A DNA stretch of 57,442 bases, counting the filler, from Platydemus manokwari (taxonomy: Eukaryota): assembly GCA_037951405.1 (NCBI GenBank). It is 5 parts of 5 records of this genome, joined end to end, with 100 filler letters (N's around TTAATTAATTAA, not from the genome) between each part and the next. Parts side by side here need not be neighbours in the genome. Positions count along the whole stretch, not along the records: positions 8,969 to 19,549 come from JBBMOY011122218.1; positions 19,650 to 30,110 come from JBBMOY011131995.1; 3 more parts are not named here. One strand, written 5' to 3'. The notes below the pieces were generated by a model, which was not told the DNA's origin, did no database searches, and worked only from the letters and a program-made list of their open reading frames with translations. Below are positions 10,827-23,874 of the stretch, one piece after another (the stretch's first letter is position 1; each line of letters starts with the position of its first letter). The translations under genes and the position numbers were made by a program.

Positions 10827-13800
10827 TTAAATTTGATATGTTGTAGATGCCACTTGTCCACCATGTCCTGTCCAATCTGTATGTTCAAATGTACCTGGAT
10901 GATCTAATAACTGGTACTGGTGAGCTCCAAATAAATCTCGTTGAGCCTGTAATATTTCAATCACCTCTCACTGTACAATCTCAAACACTGACCTGCAATA
11001 AATTTGCTGGTAATTTTTCAGTTCTTAAACCATCGTAAAAGGCAATCGCTGATGAAAACGCTGGAGTGGGAATACCGTGCAGTACTGCAATTGAAATGAC
11101 ATTACGCCATCCGTCCTTGAAATTAATTATTTAACAACGCTCAGATAGATTTTCAATGAATAGGTCATGATTTGTGATTGATCCATTCAGCATTAATAAA
11201 TTCATTCCATCTCTCTTTTAAATTTCAAAAACAAGTTCCATTGGAACTGAAAAATTCAGATTTACTAAAGAATAAACTGATTGAAACCATTAAGCCAATA
11301 AAATGATTATTTTAGAATATGGTTTATCCAATATGACCAAAGCATATTTGAAAAATTAGAACAATGGTTTTGACTTGTTATCTCTAAATTCACTTTTGTA
11401 AATCGAGTATTAGAAAAAACTTGATAAAATTCGTTGTTAAACTATTTCGTTAATATTTCCAAACATATCTTTCGGGCACGTATTTGCAAACATTAATAAA
11501 AACATGATTTTTCATAAAATCAAACCAGAAAATTTTAACTTAAACACACACCCACACACAGAGACATAAAAACATTTCTATCACGATTTCCTGTGTGCCT
11601 ATTTCTAACAAAAGGTGTCTATCAAATAATTGCCAAAGTAGTCGGGATTTGAAATTCAGTTAAATGCAGATTATTTGAGCAGATTATTTATTGACACATG
11701 GATGGGTTTTTATTAGAGATTATTGATCCAAGTGTGTTAAATACTGGAATGCCAGTTTCGTGTGTCAAAATTCAATCCTTGAAACAAAATAACAATAATC
11801 ATAAAATTATTTACTTATTCGATAACAGTTTTTACTAATCAATTTATGATTTACCAAGTGTTTTTCACAGATATAGTTATCGATTATAATTGATATGATA
11901 CTAGAAATTCGTTATATTAAAAATGGTTTAAAATTTGACATCGTTATGAAATCCTTAATATGTCATTGCAGAAATAGATGTGCTAAAAGCTCATTTTAGA
12001 TCCATGATGAACTGAAGGAAAATGATATTGTTGAATGAATTTGTTGAGAAGTACAAAATTTAATTATGGAGAAATGAATAAAACTAAAGATAAATAGTAT
12101 GTGTATATATATTAATTTTACTGATCAAATTTCCAAACATTATATCATTTTATAAATAGATCACATATTGATTATCCCGTGATTATTGATTTTTAGAAAG
12201 ATTAAAAATATAAAATGGGTTATTTAATTACAAGATAAGAGAAAATAATTAAATTTTAGTGTTGTTAATTATCGATTCATTATAACATTGCAAAATGATT
12301 TATCGATTTATTCAATAAGATTTTTAATTAATCAAAAATTTAACCTTTAACCGCAAGATAACAATAAAAATCCTTACTTGACATTTCAAAACTTCGTCCT
12401 GAAAGAATTTATCAAATAGAAGCACAGATAGGTGATTGTGTTTTTCATAGGCTTCTCTAATATTCTGTAGAAATCGACTGATTTGATAAAGAGTTGTTAT
12501 TGGTTTTATAGGTAAAAATTTTACTACCTTCTAATTATACAACCTCCCCTCCACATCATAGCAATTTTACCAAGATTTAAGCGCCATTTAAATTCATGAG
12601 ATGCACTCTTCATCATCATAAATCCTTGAGTGTATGAAATAATCTTACTGGCATACAGAGCCTACACGTTGAAAACATAAATGAAAATATCAACAAAAAC
12701 CAAGATAATTTGATAATTAAAATGAAATCTATATCCTTTGTTGAAAATAAAATTTACCAATCGGATATCATTAAGGAATTGAATTTTATCTCCTTCAAAT
12801 TTCCGAGTATTAGTGCATGGAAATCTTTTACTCGCTTCAACACGAAGAGATTTTAAAGATGACAAACTACGAGCAAAAACGCTTTCAGCTAAAATAAATA
12901 CAATATTATAATATTGAGTGATGAAAAATGATTATTTGATGATTAATTTTTTATTCATGCTTAAGGTTATAGGAAATATTCCTTTCTGAGATAGATAATA
13001 TACATGATATCTATGTGAATTTCACAAGTATAAGTTATATGAAGAATATAAGAAAAATTATTATACCGAGTTAAATTCCATTTACTAATTCTTTATCTCT
13101 TTCATATTTCTTTCCCATATCAGTTTCATATTTCTTTCTCATATCAGTTTCATATTTATTTCCCATATCAGTTTCATATTTCTTTCCCATATCAGTTTCA
13201 TATTTATTTCCCATATCAGTTTCATATTTCTTTCCCATATCAGTTTTATATTTCTTTCCCATATCAATTTCATGTTTCTTTCTCATATCAGTTTTATATT
13301 TCTTTCTCAATATCAGTTTCATATTTCTTTCCCATTTCAATTTCATATTTCTTTCTCATATCAGTTTTATATTTCTTTCCCAAACCAGTTTCATATTTCC
13401 TTCCTTCATATCAATACTGTTTAACAAAATTCTGAAATATTGTTTCGTGTTTTTATCAAATAAATATATGAGGTAGATATACAATTTGTCGTATACACGT
13501 TTCTAGCTTGATATTATATTTTTTTGAATTAAAAATCTTAAAAAATTTATTGTGATTAACAAATATTAGATTGAAAGGTTAGTCGATAATCTATTAAAAC
13601 TCACTGAATAATAAAATTAAATCGTTCAAATATCAAAAAATTACCAATAAGAGTAACAGGAACTCCAAAATCCAGAGCCGTAATTGCCGTCCATTTACCA
13701 GTGCCTTTCTGAAATGAATTAAATAATTTCTATTATCATAAACTACCATAGATTATCTACAATTATTCACGATAAATTGCAAACTAAATCATTAAAAATC

Positions 13801-15833
13801 CCGGAGTTCTTAACTATTCTCCTAGTAATATATTTTATTAACTGATAATAAGCCGTGGAGTAGACTGCATAATTCTTAACATTTATTTTTAATAGCAGAC
13901 AGTGGATAATTAAAAGGATTGGAAAAGTATCTAGCGGTTGCAATTTTCAATTACTTCAATCAGACTTCTCCCTCATCAAGTTTGATAATGAAAATCAATT
14001 ATTTCATATTTTTAATAATATAAGCCAGTTACAAACCGAAATATTGAACATTATTTTGTGAACAATAAGTTATAATCTAATTCAATAATATTTAAATGGA
14101 AATCCCAATGATATAAAGGATTTCGAACAAACCAGCCTCTAAGCCTAAATTTTATTTCCAAAATTTCCACAATTTTCATTTCAAAAACTCGAGAATATAT
14201 TTCCGGACAATTTTTATATAATTATTTTAATAAGCATTGTGAGGATTTACAATGGATTGGCATTTGAAAATTTTCAAAATCAGATTTTTACAAAATATTG
14301 ATTTGTTTGAAAAATTGTAATTAGAATGTAATTCGATGTCGAGACGTTTCATTTGGTTTTCACTGCGTGCTTTATAAAATAGTAGCGGCTTACATGGCGA
14401 CCAGGTATTTCGATTCTATTCTGATGTCTATGGCATGGAAGCAGGGAAAAAGAGGAAGATGTAGAAAAGATGTAAAGATATAACAAAGTTGTATAAAATG
14501 TATAGAGACAAAGTGAAGATATAAAAACTTAAAACATAAAGTAGCAAAGAAATAGAAGTTTTTATATAGATAAATATCTAGAGAATTTGAGAAAGAGATA
14601 ATTAAAGAATTCCGAGAAAATCAAAGATTTTTAAAGAAAGGGGGTCGTGAGGATTTGTAATGAATTGGTATTTGAAAATATTTGAGATCAGATTTGTATA
14701 AAATATTGATTTATTCGAATAATTGTAATTAAAATATAAGTTGGTGTTGTGACGTTTCAATTGGTTTTCACTGCGTGCTGATCTGCGTTTTCACTGACAT
14801 GGCGATCAAGCATTTGGATTTCCTTTTTTAAAGTGTCTATGGCATGGAATTATGGAAAAAGAGGAAGATGTAGAAAAGATATAACAAAGTTGTATAGAAT
14901 ATATAGAGATAAAGTGTAGATATAAAAAGATATAAAGAAGATACAGAGAAGATATACGGATGATAAAGAGAAAACATAAAGTAGCGAAGAAATAGAAGTT
15001 TTTATATGGATAAATATCTAGAGAATTGTGAGATAGGGATAATTAAGGAATTCAGAGAAAAACAAAGACTTAAAAGAAAAGTCGTCGTGAGGATTTATAT
15101 TGAATTGAAATTTGAAAATAATCAATATCAGATTTTAATAAAATATAATTTTGTGTGAATAAATGTAATTAAAATATAATTTGGTGTCCTGACGTTTCAA
15201 TTGGTTTTCACTGCGTGCTTTATAAAATATTAGCGGCTTACAATCATTAAGGATAAAATGAATAAACTCCAAATGATTAATGAAATAAATCTCATCAATG
15301 TAAAGGTACGATCGTGATGATCAAACCCAATTGCTGGATGAAAGAAAACAAGAAAATCGGCCATTTATTTTCAAGTATTTTAGTCGTGTTAATTATCGAT
15401 TCATTATGACAAGTCATTCCAGCTTATCATGAATAGCAAAATGAAAATTAATTAAAATAAATCAAAAACCCAGAAATAGTGAGATCTAATTACAAAATAT
15501 TAAATTTCCAATTACTTGACCAGCTGAATCGTAGATATTTTCCAATAAATAACTTCCATCATCGGCTTTAAATTTTGTCACCGAGCTTGTAATTTCTATT
15601 AAAAATGATTCCAACTCGCCTTTGTTCCATTCGTCGAAAGCCTGATTCGATATCAATGTTATTCCACGAATCATTTTAAATAAATCAATATATATTACTG
15701 CTGAAATCTCTTCATTACCCATCTCCAACAGATCTCTCATTAGATGATATGCTTCACAAATCAATTGCATATCTCCATATTCAATTCCATTGTGTACCAT
15801 CTTTACAAAGTGGCCAGCACCATCAGGTCCAAC
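10827..15833 (-). CDS. PGD: 6-phosphogluconate dehydrogenase, decarboxylating; 5'-partial. Exons 15833-15699, 15641-15516, 13708-13645, 12888-12758, 12661-12528, 12477-12378, 11115-10993, 10946-10827
   Basis: Spliced translation: [29 protein letters not shown]...[10 protein letters not shown]...[36 protein letters not shown]...[14 protein letters not shown]...[12 protein letters not shown]...[15 protein letters not shown]...[18 protein letters not shown]...[18 protein letters not shown]. All junctions are GT-AG with consistent phase. Confidence 0.97.
13100..13400. repeat. 24-bp minisatellite (about 12 units, consensus tttcatatttctttcccatatcag) in a PGD intron
   Basis: Direct tandem repetition; it produces the spurious ORF 13071-13346 (KKYETDMG repeats). 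Confidence 0.93.
14238..15242 (+). mobile_element. Tandem TRIM array: LTR 14238-14394, internal, LTR 14646-14799, internal, LTR 15086-15242
   Basis: Three repeats of about 157 bp (TGTGAGGATTT...GCGGCTTACA). LTR1 and LTR2 are followed directly by TGGCGACCAGG and TGGCGATCAAG (PBS-like). Internal regions end in purine tracts (aaagaaagggggt, aaaagaaaagt). Outer flanks AGCAT/ATCAT are a near-perfect 5-bp TSD. No coding capacity. Confidence 0.85.
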
Positions 15834-16109
15834 CTGAACACACACATTATTTCATTATTTTTTCATATTATTTATTAAATCCTTTATACCTTAAATATAT
15901 TTCATAAATATAAATAAATGGTATATTAATCACAACTCATACTGTAATACTACATTATTTATTAAAAATTGCCTATTATATTATAAGCTTAAAAATAAGA
16001 AATCAACAAGGTTTTCATAACTAATATCTCTTGATTAATCGATATTTCAATTTAAGATTTGAATACTTTGGATTTCCTTAAGTATATTCAATGATTTTTT
16101 GAAAATTTC

Positions 16110-16657
16110 TGTTAGGTAGAACACAAAATCAATCAAAGGGTTACAGGAACCAAGGAAATAACAATAAAGATGGTCGACACGCAGATTCGATAAGCACATG
16201 TGCCGTCAGCCAATCAGATTCGTTCTAATATTAATCCATATTTAGAAGTCAGAAATCGACGAGCACATACCTACAAATGCCAGTAAACTCAAATATCTAC
16301 CAATGGCATAAGAGATACAAGGAAAATTGCAAGCAGGCCCATGTTGGAACAAATTTAGCAAATGGAATACGAAGATCTATGACATCAAGCAGACACATTC
16401 AATAAGTCTATAAAAAAGTTGAGTTCCATGAGTAACTGCCAGTCTAATTTGGTCGGTAATTTTTGTATTATTCTTTACTTTGCGTGATTTTCTTTGGTTG
16501 TTTTCTATTCTGTCTTTGACGTGCGCTCTGATCACATGTTGTGTGATAGACTATCGTTGATTTTAAGAGAGGTTTAACTGTAGTTATTGAGATTGAGCTT
16601 GTAACATTTTATTTAATATATAATTTTCAGGTTAAATTGTTGATATCACACCCAACA
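16110..16657 (+). mobile_element. Probable solo LTR
   Basis: Termini TGTTAGGT...ACCCAACA form an imperfect inverted repeat. Contains CCAAT boxes (about 16210, 16299) and CTATAAAA (about 16408). Higher GC than flanks; no TSD found. Confidence 0.45.
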
Positions 16658-17287
16658 CATCGAAATAGACATTACCTATAAAAAAATCTTAATATCTTAA
16701 CTTATTGTATAATGATAAGAATCAGATAAAAATAATGGCAATCAATTATCATATCTCTACAATTACGAATAGAGTATGCACCCACTTAAATAAAAAATAA
16801 ACTCTTAACATATCTAAATCTTACAGATTTTTTTATTAATTTTTACAACTGCCTAGCACTGCAAGATTTATTTAAAAAGTCATCCTAAAGTCACAGCACA
16901 GACTAGAATAGCATACTATTATGCTTCTAAATCATTTTATTAGTAAATTTATCATACATCTCACTTCTGGCAACAAAATGGTTCTATTTTCCCTAAGAAA
17001 AAGTTTTTCTATTCTATTAAAATCAATTTTTATAATTTTATTTTCTTAAAAAGTAACAGCGAATTTGAAAATTCAGTAAAAAAAACCCAATAACTTAAAC
17101 ATGACATTTATATGACAACAACTGGAAATTGTAACTTCCTTCTGTCACTCAGAAACTCATCTTGAAATAAAAATATTTTAAATAAAGCCAAACAAAACTA
17201 AATATGATTTAAAATTGACAAATATTTCGTTACTAAAGAATGACAAAGTGTTGTACAGAACAATAAAATAAAAGTATTCATGACTAC

Positions 17288-17775
17288 CGAGAGAATTTCA
17301 AATTTAATTAAGTTTTTTAAAGATTTAATTTGATATAAAATTTGACTTTATATAAAATTATATTAATTTGTTTATATAATTATATTAAAATATATAATTT
17401 GATGTCGTCTTTTCAGTTCGTTTACGATGCGTGTTTTATAAAATAGTAACGGTTTTCATAGCGACCACACATCTGGATTCGATTTTCAGAAGATCAATAA
17501 CTGTAAGTTATGGAAAAAGAGGAAGATGTTGAGATTATATAGAGAATATCTAAAGAATATATAAAGAAGATTTTGAGAAGATATAAAAAGATCAAAGAAT
17601 TAGATATATTTATGTAGATAAATATGTGAGCATTCGATACAATGCCTATTAGGAATACAAAGAAAATTAAAGATTTTAAAGAAAAAGGGATGTGAGCATG
17701 TAAAATTGAATTAAATTTTTATAGATTTCATTTTGTATACATTATAGAATATAAATTAATGATAATATTTACAAC
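17288..17775 (+). mobile_element. Diverged copy of the same TRIM family
   Basis: LTR end ...gcgtgttttataaaatagtaacggttttca (17458), PBS-like TAGCGACCAC, internal ggaaaaagaggaagatgt shared with the array, PPT aaagaaaaaggga, then second LTR start TGTGAGCATG (17691), truncated. Confidence 0.75.
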
Positions 17776-19457
17776 AATGCTATCCTATTTTTCTTTATAT
17801 ATATATTTATATATATAATATTTCTTATTTAGTTCTTTCAAGCTTTGAGTGCAAATCTTTAAAAATAATAATGAAAATATTAATTTTGTAAAAAAAAATA
17901 TTGATAAGTAATTTTAATGAAGATTTTTATTCCTCTTTGTCTTCAAGCCGATTGAATGATTTCATACTGGTTGTTATTCGATTGCATTAATATAATTAAT
18001 ACTTATAAGCTGATTTTGTTTTAACCAGTTCTTTTTATTTACGTTGTAGCATAATTTAATTTACTACTCGGTGCGATCATTTTTTCTTTAATTTTAAATT
18101 AATATGTATTCTTGTTTTGCGATACAAATGTAAATTATTATATAAATAATCCTGATGAATATTCTCCGAACATTGTGCGACAAGCGGGCGGGTAAACAAA
18201 AATATTCAAACATAATATTTTTAGAGCTTTTTATCGTATTTTTAAATCTATTTTTAGATGAAATGTCGAAGTATTAACTGTTATCAGTCTCCTCGAAACA
18301 TACTTATCAATTGTTACTCTACGTCTTTAGTTTATTGAAAATGAAAAACACTTACAAACACAGGCATGTTTAAAAATAAGTAGTAAATACTATTCGTAAT
18401 TATTCATAATTATTCATAAAATCAATTTATGGTGTCAGTATTATCAGGTACATGTATATAATGGTATTTATACCATTGAAAAGAGTAGATTCTTAGCTTT
18501 TATCTGTAATTAAAGTTGTGTTAACATATTCTTCATTCCAGCGCCAATTAATTATTATTACTGAGTGCAAATAACATTCAGCTTAATTATAAAATATTAT
18601 ATGAACTTAGGAAAGGTTCCAATGTTCCAAATGTTATGAAAAATAATCAGAAAGTGTATAAAGATATTTAAAAATTATCGTTGAACGTTGATTCTAGAAA
18701 TTTAGATGGGATCATAATTTTACTCATAATTTGTTGAAGATAAAACTGCGAACATCTACCGAACACATTTCTGTGTGATTAAATTGCGATTTTTGAATAT
18801 CGAGAAACTTGATTACATCCCAAAGTTTGATTTGTTGTTCGTTTGGCTGTCTTTAATCGGGTCTAGTATCATCGTGCAATTCTTTACTAGGTCGTCTGAG
18901 TAATGATCCATTTTTGGATCACTTGGTTACATGTTGCTATATATTTTTTTCAAATTTATATAGTATGACGAAATATTATAATTACTTGAATTTTTAGAAA
19001 ATCATCTTAATTCATTTTTGCAGATAAACATATCAAGTTGGATGATAGGTTGCTAAAATGTTGGAAACAAATTGGAAACCATGGAAATTATATAATTGCT
19101 TGAATAAATTACATTTTATAATTATTTTGCTTTAATTTTAATAAAATCGTATCAAGACTACTGGAATCGCCTAATAAATTGGGATTTTGTTAAATAGATA
19201 AATTTTATTTATCAAATATTTTTTTATCTTCAATCTGACATTTATTTGGGACATATTTTCGTTTTTCTAACAATTATTTCCAAGGATATGTGGAAAAAAT
19301 CAAAATTGATTAATCTATGTTTTGATGTGGTTAATGATACCAAAACTTTCAGATAGTAAATCTTTTCATTAATCAGGTGTTAAATATGTCGTCGAGATAC
19401 ATTTTACATTAAAGTTCTCTATCTAAACTCCAAATTTGGAAATAAAAATATAAGATT

Positions 19458-19497
<40 letters not shown>

Positions 19498-19501
<4 letters not shown>

Positions 19502-19549
19502 GTTGTACATAACGTTCGCGGACAAAATTGTACATAAAAATTTGCCCTC
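19498..19549 (+). mobile_element. Mariner-like terminal inverted repeat abutting a (TA)n microsatellite at a contig end
   Basis: (TA)n at 19460-19497 followed by TTAGGTTGTACATAACGTTCGCGG; TA-TTAGGTTG is a typical mariner terminus. Confidence 0.5.
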
Positions 19550-19649
19550 NNNNNNNNNNNNNNNNNNNNNNNNNNNNNNNNNNNNNNNNNNNNTTAATTA
19601 ATTAANNNNNNNNNNNNNNNNNNNNNNNNNNNNNNNNNNNNNNNNNNNN
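19550..19649. other. Artificial contig linker
   Basis: N44-TTAATTAATTAA-N44. Confidence 0.97.
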
Positions 19650-19773
19650 TCACCTTTTCAAGAGCTTTTAAATGGTACCAAATGTTGCGTAGCTATGTTA
19701 TGTTTAAATGATTTGGTAAAACAAAATTTTTAAACAACTAAAAAACATGAATAACTTTTGACTCAGCCTAATA
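19650..19773. mobile_element. Mariner-like element end (TIR at 19741-19773)
   Basis: Reverse complement reads TA-TTAGGCTGAGTCAAAAGTTATTCATGTTTTT, resembling mariner TIRs of the TTAGGTTGG..CAAAAGT.AT...GTTTT type. Confidence 0.5.
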
Positions 19774-21138
19774 TTTGATTAAAATAAAATAAAAAATGGT
19801 TTCAATAAAACAAAAATAAAATTAATTATATATTTATTTTATATAATTATTTTTAATAATTATTTTTATAATTATTTTATTTTAATAATTATTATTATAA
19901 TTATTTTTTTTGATTTTGAATTCATTAATTTTTTATTGAAAAATATATCAGTTTTACTTTATCATTTAGAATTGATCAGATTTGGTACATAAAACCCAAA
20001 AATTGGTACAAAATACCCTAAAATAAGAAAAACAAAAGAAATTATTTTTTCGAATTTCCGTAGCTTATGTTGAAATGTACTGGTCTTCCCTATTACTGAT
20101 TTCACTTATGTGTTATGTGGTAATCATTTCAGATATTCTCACTAAATAATCAATAAATAACTTTCTTATGGTGTTTTTGAAGGTCGTTTTCAATATTATT
20201 TTTGTGTCTTCGACTTCCATTTACAATTAATATTTATACCTAATTTTGTTTACTTAGCGCTTTTTATTTGTTTATTTTCTTTCTCCTATTGTCTTATCGT
20301 GCTAACCTTGATGCGGTTTTTGTTGTTTTAATTTCCTTATGAGATTTTGTAAATATTTATGTAATGATATTAAACAATGAGAGTTATATCATGCTTGATT
20401 AATCGATTATTTTTAATTTATCGATAATTTAATACGATTTTCTTTTTTGAAATCAATATCGGGTATTTCGTTGATTGATATTTTAGAATGTTTTCTGATT
20501 ATATGGGTATGATCGTTCTTGTTTCCTGCAATAATTAAAACGAAGCATCTCCTGAAATGCTGTCAAACAAAACTATAAATAGAATGAAAGAATTGGTATC
20601 AAAATGAATCAATGAAAATATATGAATTATTAAAGAAAATTTATCACAAAATTGTGAAGAAAAATTAAGAATACAAGCATTAAGAAATTCAGGTCAAGGT
20701 TTAGAAAAAAGGAAATTTAAATAATGACGACAGTCACCAATGACGCGTGAAAATATAGATTAGAGGCATGACAGCCGGTTATGTAATAAAAATAAAATAT
20801 TAAAAAGTACTTACAAATCAAAAATGGTTGAAAAATATTAAGAGAAAAGATGCGATAAAGAATTCACTTCGTATAAATGGTGTGGAATGATGTTGAATAA
20901 TCGGGATGTTGTATATGTAAAGATAACAAATTGAATTCTGAATTATGAATACTAAGAATATAAAGTGATGAGAGATATTGATTGTGAGACTCATAAATCC
21001 ATGCCAATAAAATAATCATGAATTGGTTTTAACTGCCAGTTGTTCCATCAGGGCCATTACAGGTTTTAAATTATTTTTTGCAAATATGTAAAATTATATT
21101 TATTCTTCCAAATAATTAACTTGTTTTATAATATCCAG

Positions 21139-21611
21139 ATAAACCTCCCAAAGTCAAAACGGAACCACCGAAAAATGATTATGTACTACACGATAACAAC
21201 GCCAAGAAATTAAGTCTTGCTGAAACTCTGGGTCTAGTTGACATACCAAAAGCATTTGTTAGCGATATTACTTGGAAAAGACAAAAACAGCTTTGTCTCA
21301 TTAGAGGGGATTTTTCCTCGCGTTGCTCCATTTATCAAGAAGATTTCATACTCAGCCCTACATTGCTGCTGTCCTGTAGCCATATATTCCATAGAGTAAA
21401 TTTGATCAATAATCTTATTATTTTCTAATCTTTCGGCATCTAGCAATGTATTGAGTCATTTGAAAAATTTTCCAATAAAAAATCCTGCCCAATTTGTCGT
21501 GAAAGTAATTATCTAAAGATGGTCACATTTCAGTCTGAAATTTTGTACAGAAACAAATGTGCTGTCAAGTAATCGTATTATTGACTATACTAATTTAATA
21601 ATAATAATAAT

Positions 21612-21654
<43 letters not shown>

Positions 21655-23874
21655 TTGGGTCTACCAGCTGTAGAGCACAACAATACACGCTAGGTCCTAT
21701 CTATCTGACTCCAAAAAGATAGTAGTTGAACACGAAGATATATTTTAAAACACTGTACAAACTTTAATCATCAATAAAATTTCAATCAAGGGTCCAACCC
21801 TTATATTAAGTTCAAAAATCACGGAACTTGTCCGCTTCACGATATTGGGCTCCCGGCCAAGGAGTTACTCCTGGCCTATACTACGATCCAAGCGTGTGCA
21901 ACAAACAGTTACGGGCGCACTTCTCTACATGATATTCGGGATCAACGTCATCGAATATCCTACAATTTAAGGTGCTACTAAAACAAATATTCGGGAAACA
22001 ATTTCCTCGAATATTACTCTCTGAATAAAAGATTAATTAATAAACGAATAACCTGGATTGTGTTCTAATAACAATATCCTGATTTTCTAATATTTCTAAG
22101 CTTCTAAACTTTTCCCTTTCTGTTCTAATAAAATCCTTCTATTTTTCTAATATGAGCTCCAGAAATTTCCCTTTCGGTTTCTGTCGGCGCTATTAACTGT
22201 CAACTAGTAACTATAGACTGTGAAATGTTACAATCAACTATTGATTGGCCTGTTTATTACGAACTTTACTCACAGTAAAATTCTCTTCCCCTAGTTAGAA
22301 TGTATTGCTAACTGCTGACTTTAATCAATAACTGCCTACATTAGAAAATTATTCCTATTTTTGTTTTTAACCGATTTAAACAAATAACAATTCCTAAATA
22401 AATATTTTATATTATTTATTTATTATATATTTATTAATTATTTCAATTTAATATTTATTTTTATTCATAATAATTTTATTTTAAATTAATTTTATATTTT
22501 CATTTTTGGAAATTGCATTTTATTTATCTCTCTATTTGACTTGTCATTTTAATTAATTTTAGTTATATTAAACTTTACTTTTATGTTTTACTAATTATCT
22601 TTTATATTTTGATACTTATTGGGTTCTTTCAATATTAATATTAATATTAATGTACATAATAATGTTGAGTGGATATGAATGTCACACAAATGTTGAACTC
22701 CTTTTTCGAGACTTTGCACTTATATATATGCCCACAAAGTTATACAGTCATGATAACTGACCAATCAGAGATGACATAAATTAAAGATTTGAATTAGGTA
22801 AATTACATCACTACACAATAGCAAGCACACAACGACTGACCAATCCCAGTGATAAAAATTGATAAACCTAATTGGAATGAAAATTTATCAAATTTATACA
22901 AACTTTACTTAAAAATGGTCTGTTACCAGTTAAAAGGCCTTTTAAAAGTTGGGATTATTCTTTGTTTTCAATTATCATTTTCAAGTTGATAGAGTTGGAA
23001 TTTATTTTTACTATCTGGAAGCCGATGAAAAGAAGAATTTGTTTATGTTTATATTATTGATTTAAAAGTGAGGGTTAAGCAGCACCATGTTTTATATATG
23101 TGTGTGTGCGTGTGTGTGTAAAAGAGATATGATTGATGAGCTGGTTAAAGAAGTTTCAAAATACTTCGATAAATATTATTTGCAACTTCGAAGAAATGGG
23201 CTGGTAACGAGGGAGTATTAAACCAGATACTCTCTATCTTTCCAATTTGGTTTCAAAACAGCTAATCTGTTTTATCCTCACTTTCATATTTTAAAAATAA
23301 GTTGTTGATATTCGAATTATTTATATAATCGTACAAAATGATAAGCTTTGATAATGAAATATTTAGAATTCAGAGTTACTGGCGTGGTTATCAACAACGA
23401 AAGTGGTACCAATCATACTGCGATGTAAATCCTCCGAAAAGCAGTTGTTTGAAAACGAAATGGCTGCAAAGAAGAGTAAATCGAGTGACCAATAGATGTC
23501 TTGAAGCATTGAAATCTCCAAATATTGATGATTTCATTGCTGATCTTGAAAATACAGTTGAGCAATCGAAGAAGACATTCTCAGAATGGGAAAAGATGGA
23601 ATTAGCAAGGACTAATTTGGAAACCGATATCTGGTCATTGCAATTAACCAAATCCAAAGAATTGGCACAACTAGATTGTTCAATTTGCTTACAATGCTGG
23701 TCCACAAATCGCAAACGAGTCCTTTTATCTTGTTCTCACATATTTCACAAAACATGTCTTCTAACATTTGAAAATGTTAGAGCAAAAGATAGAGAGCAGC
23801 ATAATATTTGTCCTTTGTGTAGAGAGATTTACGATAGACGAGATATAGACGCTGTGAATTATCAATTTATTTGA
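21139..23874 (+). CDS. RNF32: RING finger protein 32 (RING-IQ-RING); exons 21139-21395, 21444-21568 and 23367-23874; first exon uncertain
   Basis: Spliced: DYVLHD...LSLAETLGLV...W...K...L.RGD...CSIYQEDFILSPTLLLSCSHIFHR/QCIESFEKFSNKKSCPICRE...KCAVK/IQSYWRGYQQRKWY...CSICL...VLLSCSHIFHKTCLLTFE...CPLCR. This is colinear with the RNF32 architecture; introns are GT-AG and in phase. Confidence 0.9.
21597..21653. repeat. (AAT)n microsatellite
   Basis: Direct observation. Confidence 0.9.
21653..22340. mobile_element. Possible solo LTR inside the RNF32 intron
   Basis: Begins TGTTGGG directly after (AAT)n and ends GCCTACA (imperfect inverted termini). Raised GC; no TSD visible. Confidence 0.3.

Noticed and set aside
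13100-13400. Regular short repeats as a CRISPR array or a repeat protein ORF (13071-13346)
   Set aside because: Units are contiguous with no unique spacers, the context is a eukaryotic intron, and the ORF is a by-product of the 24-bp period.
19498-19773. One mariner element spanning the 19550-19649 gap
   Set aside because: The two TIR-like ends differ in sequence and the join is artificial.
23391-23714. Antisense or shadow ORFs (for example 536-730, 1046-1291, 10847-11038, 21234-21446, 23391-23714, 34543-34902)
   Set aside because: They overlap real coding sequence on the opposite strand and have no independent motifs.
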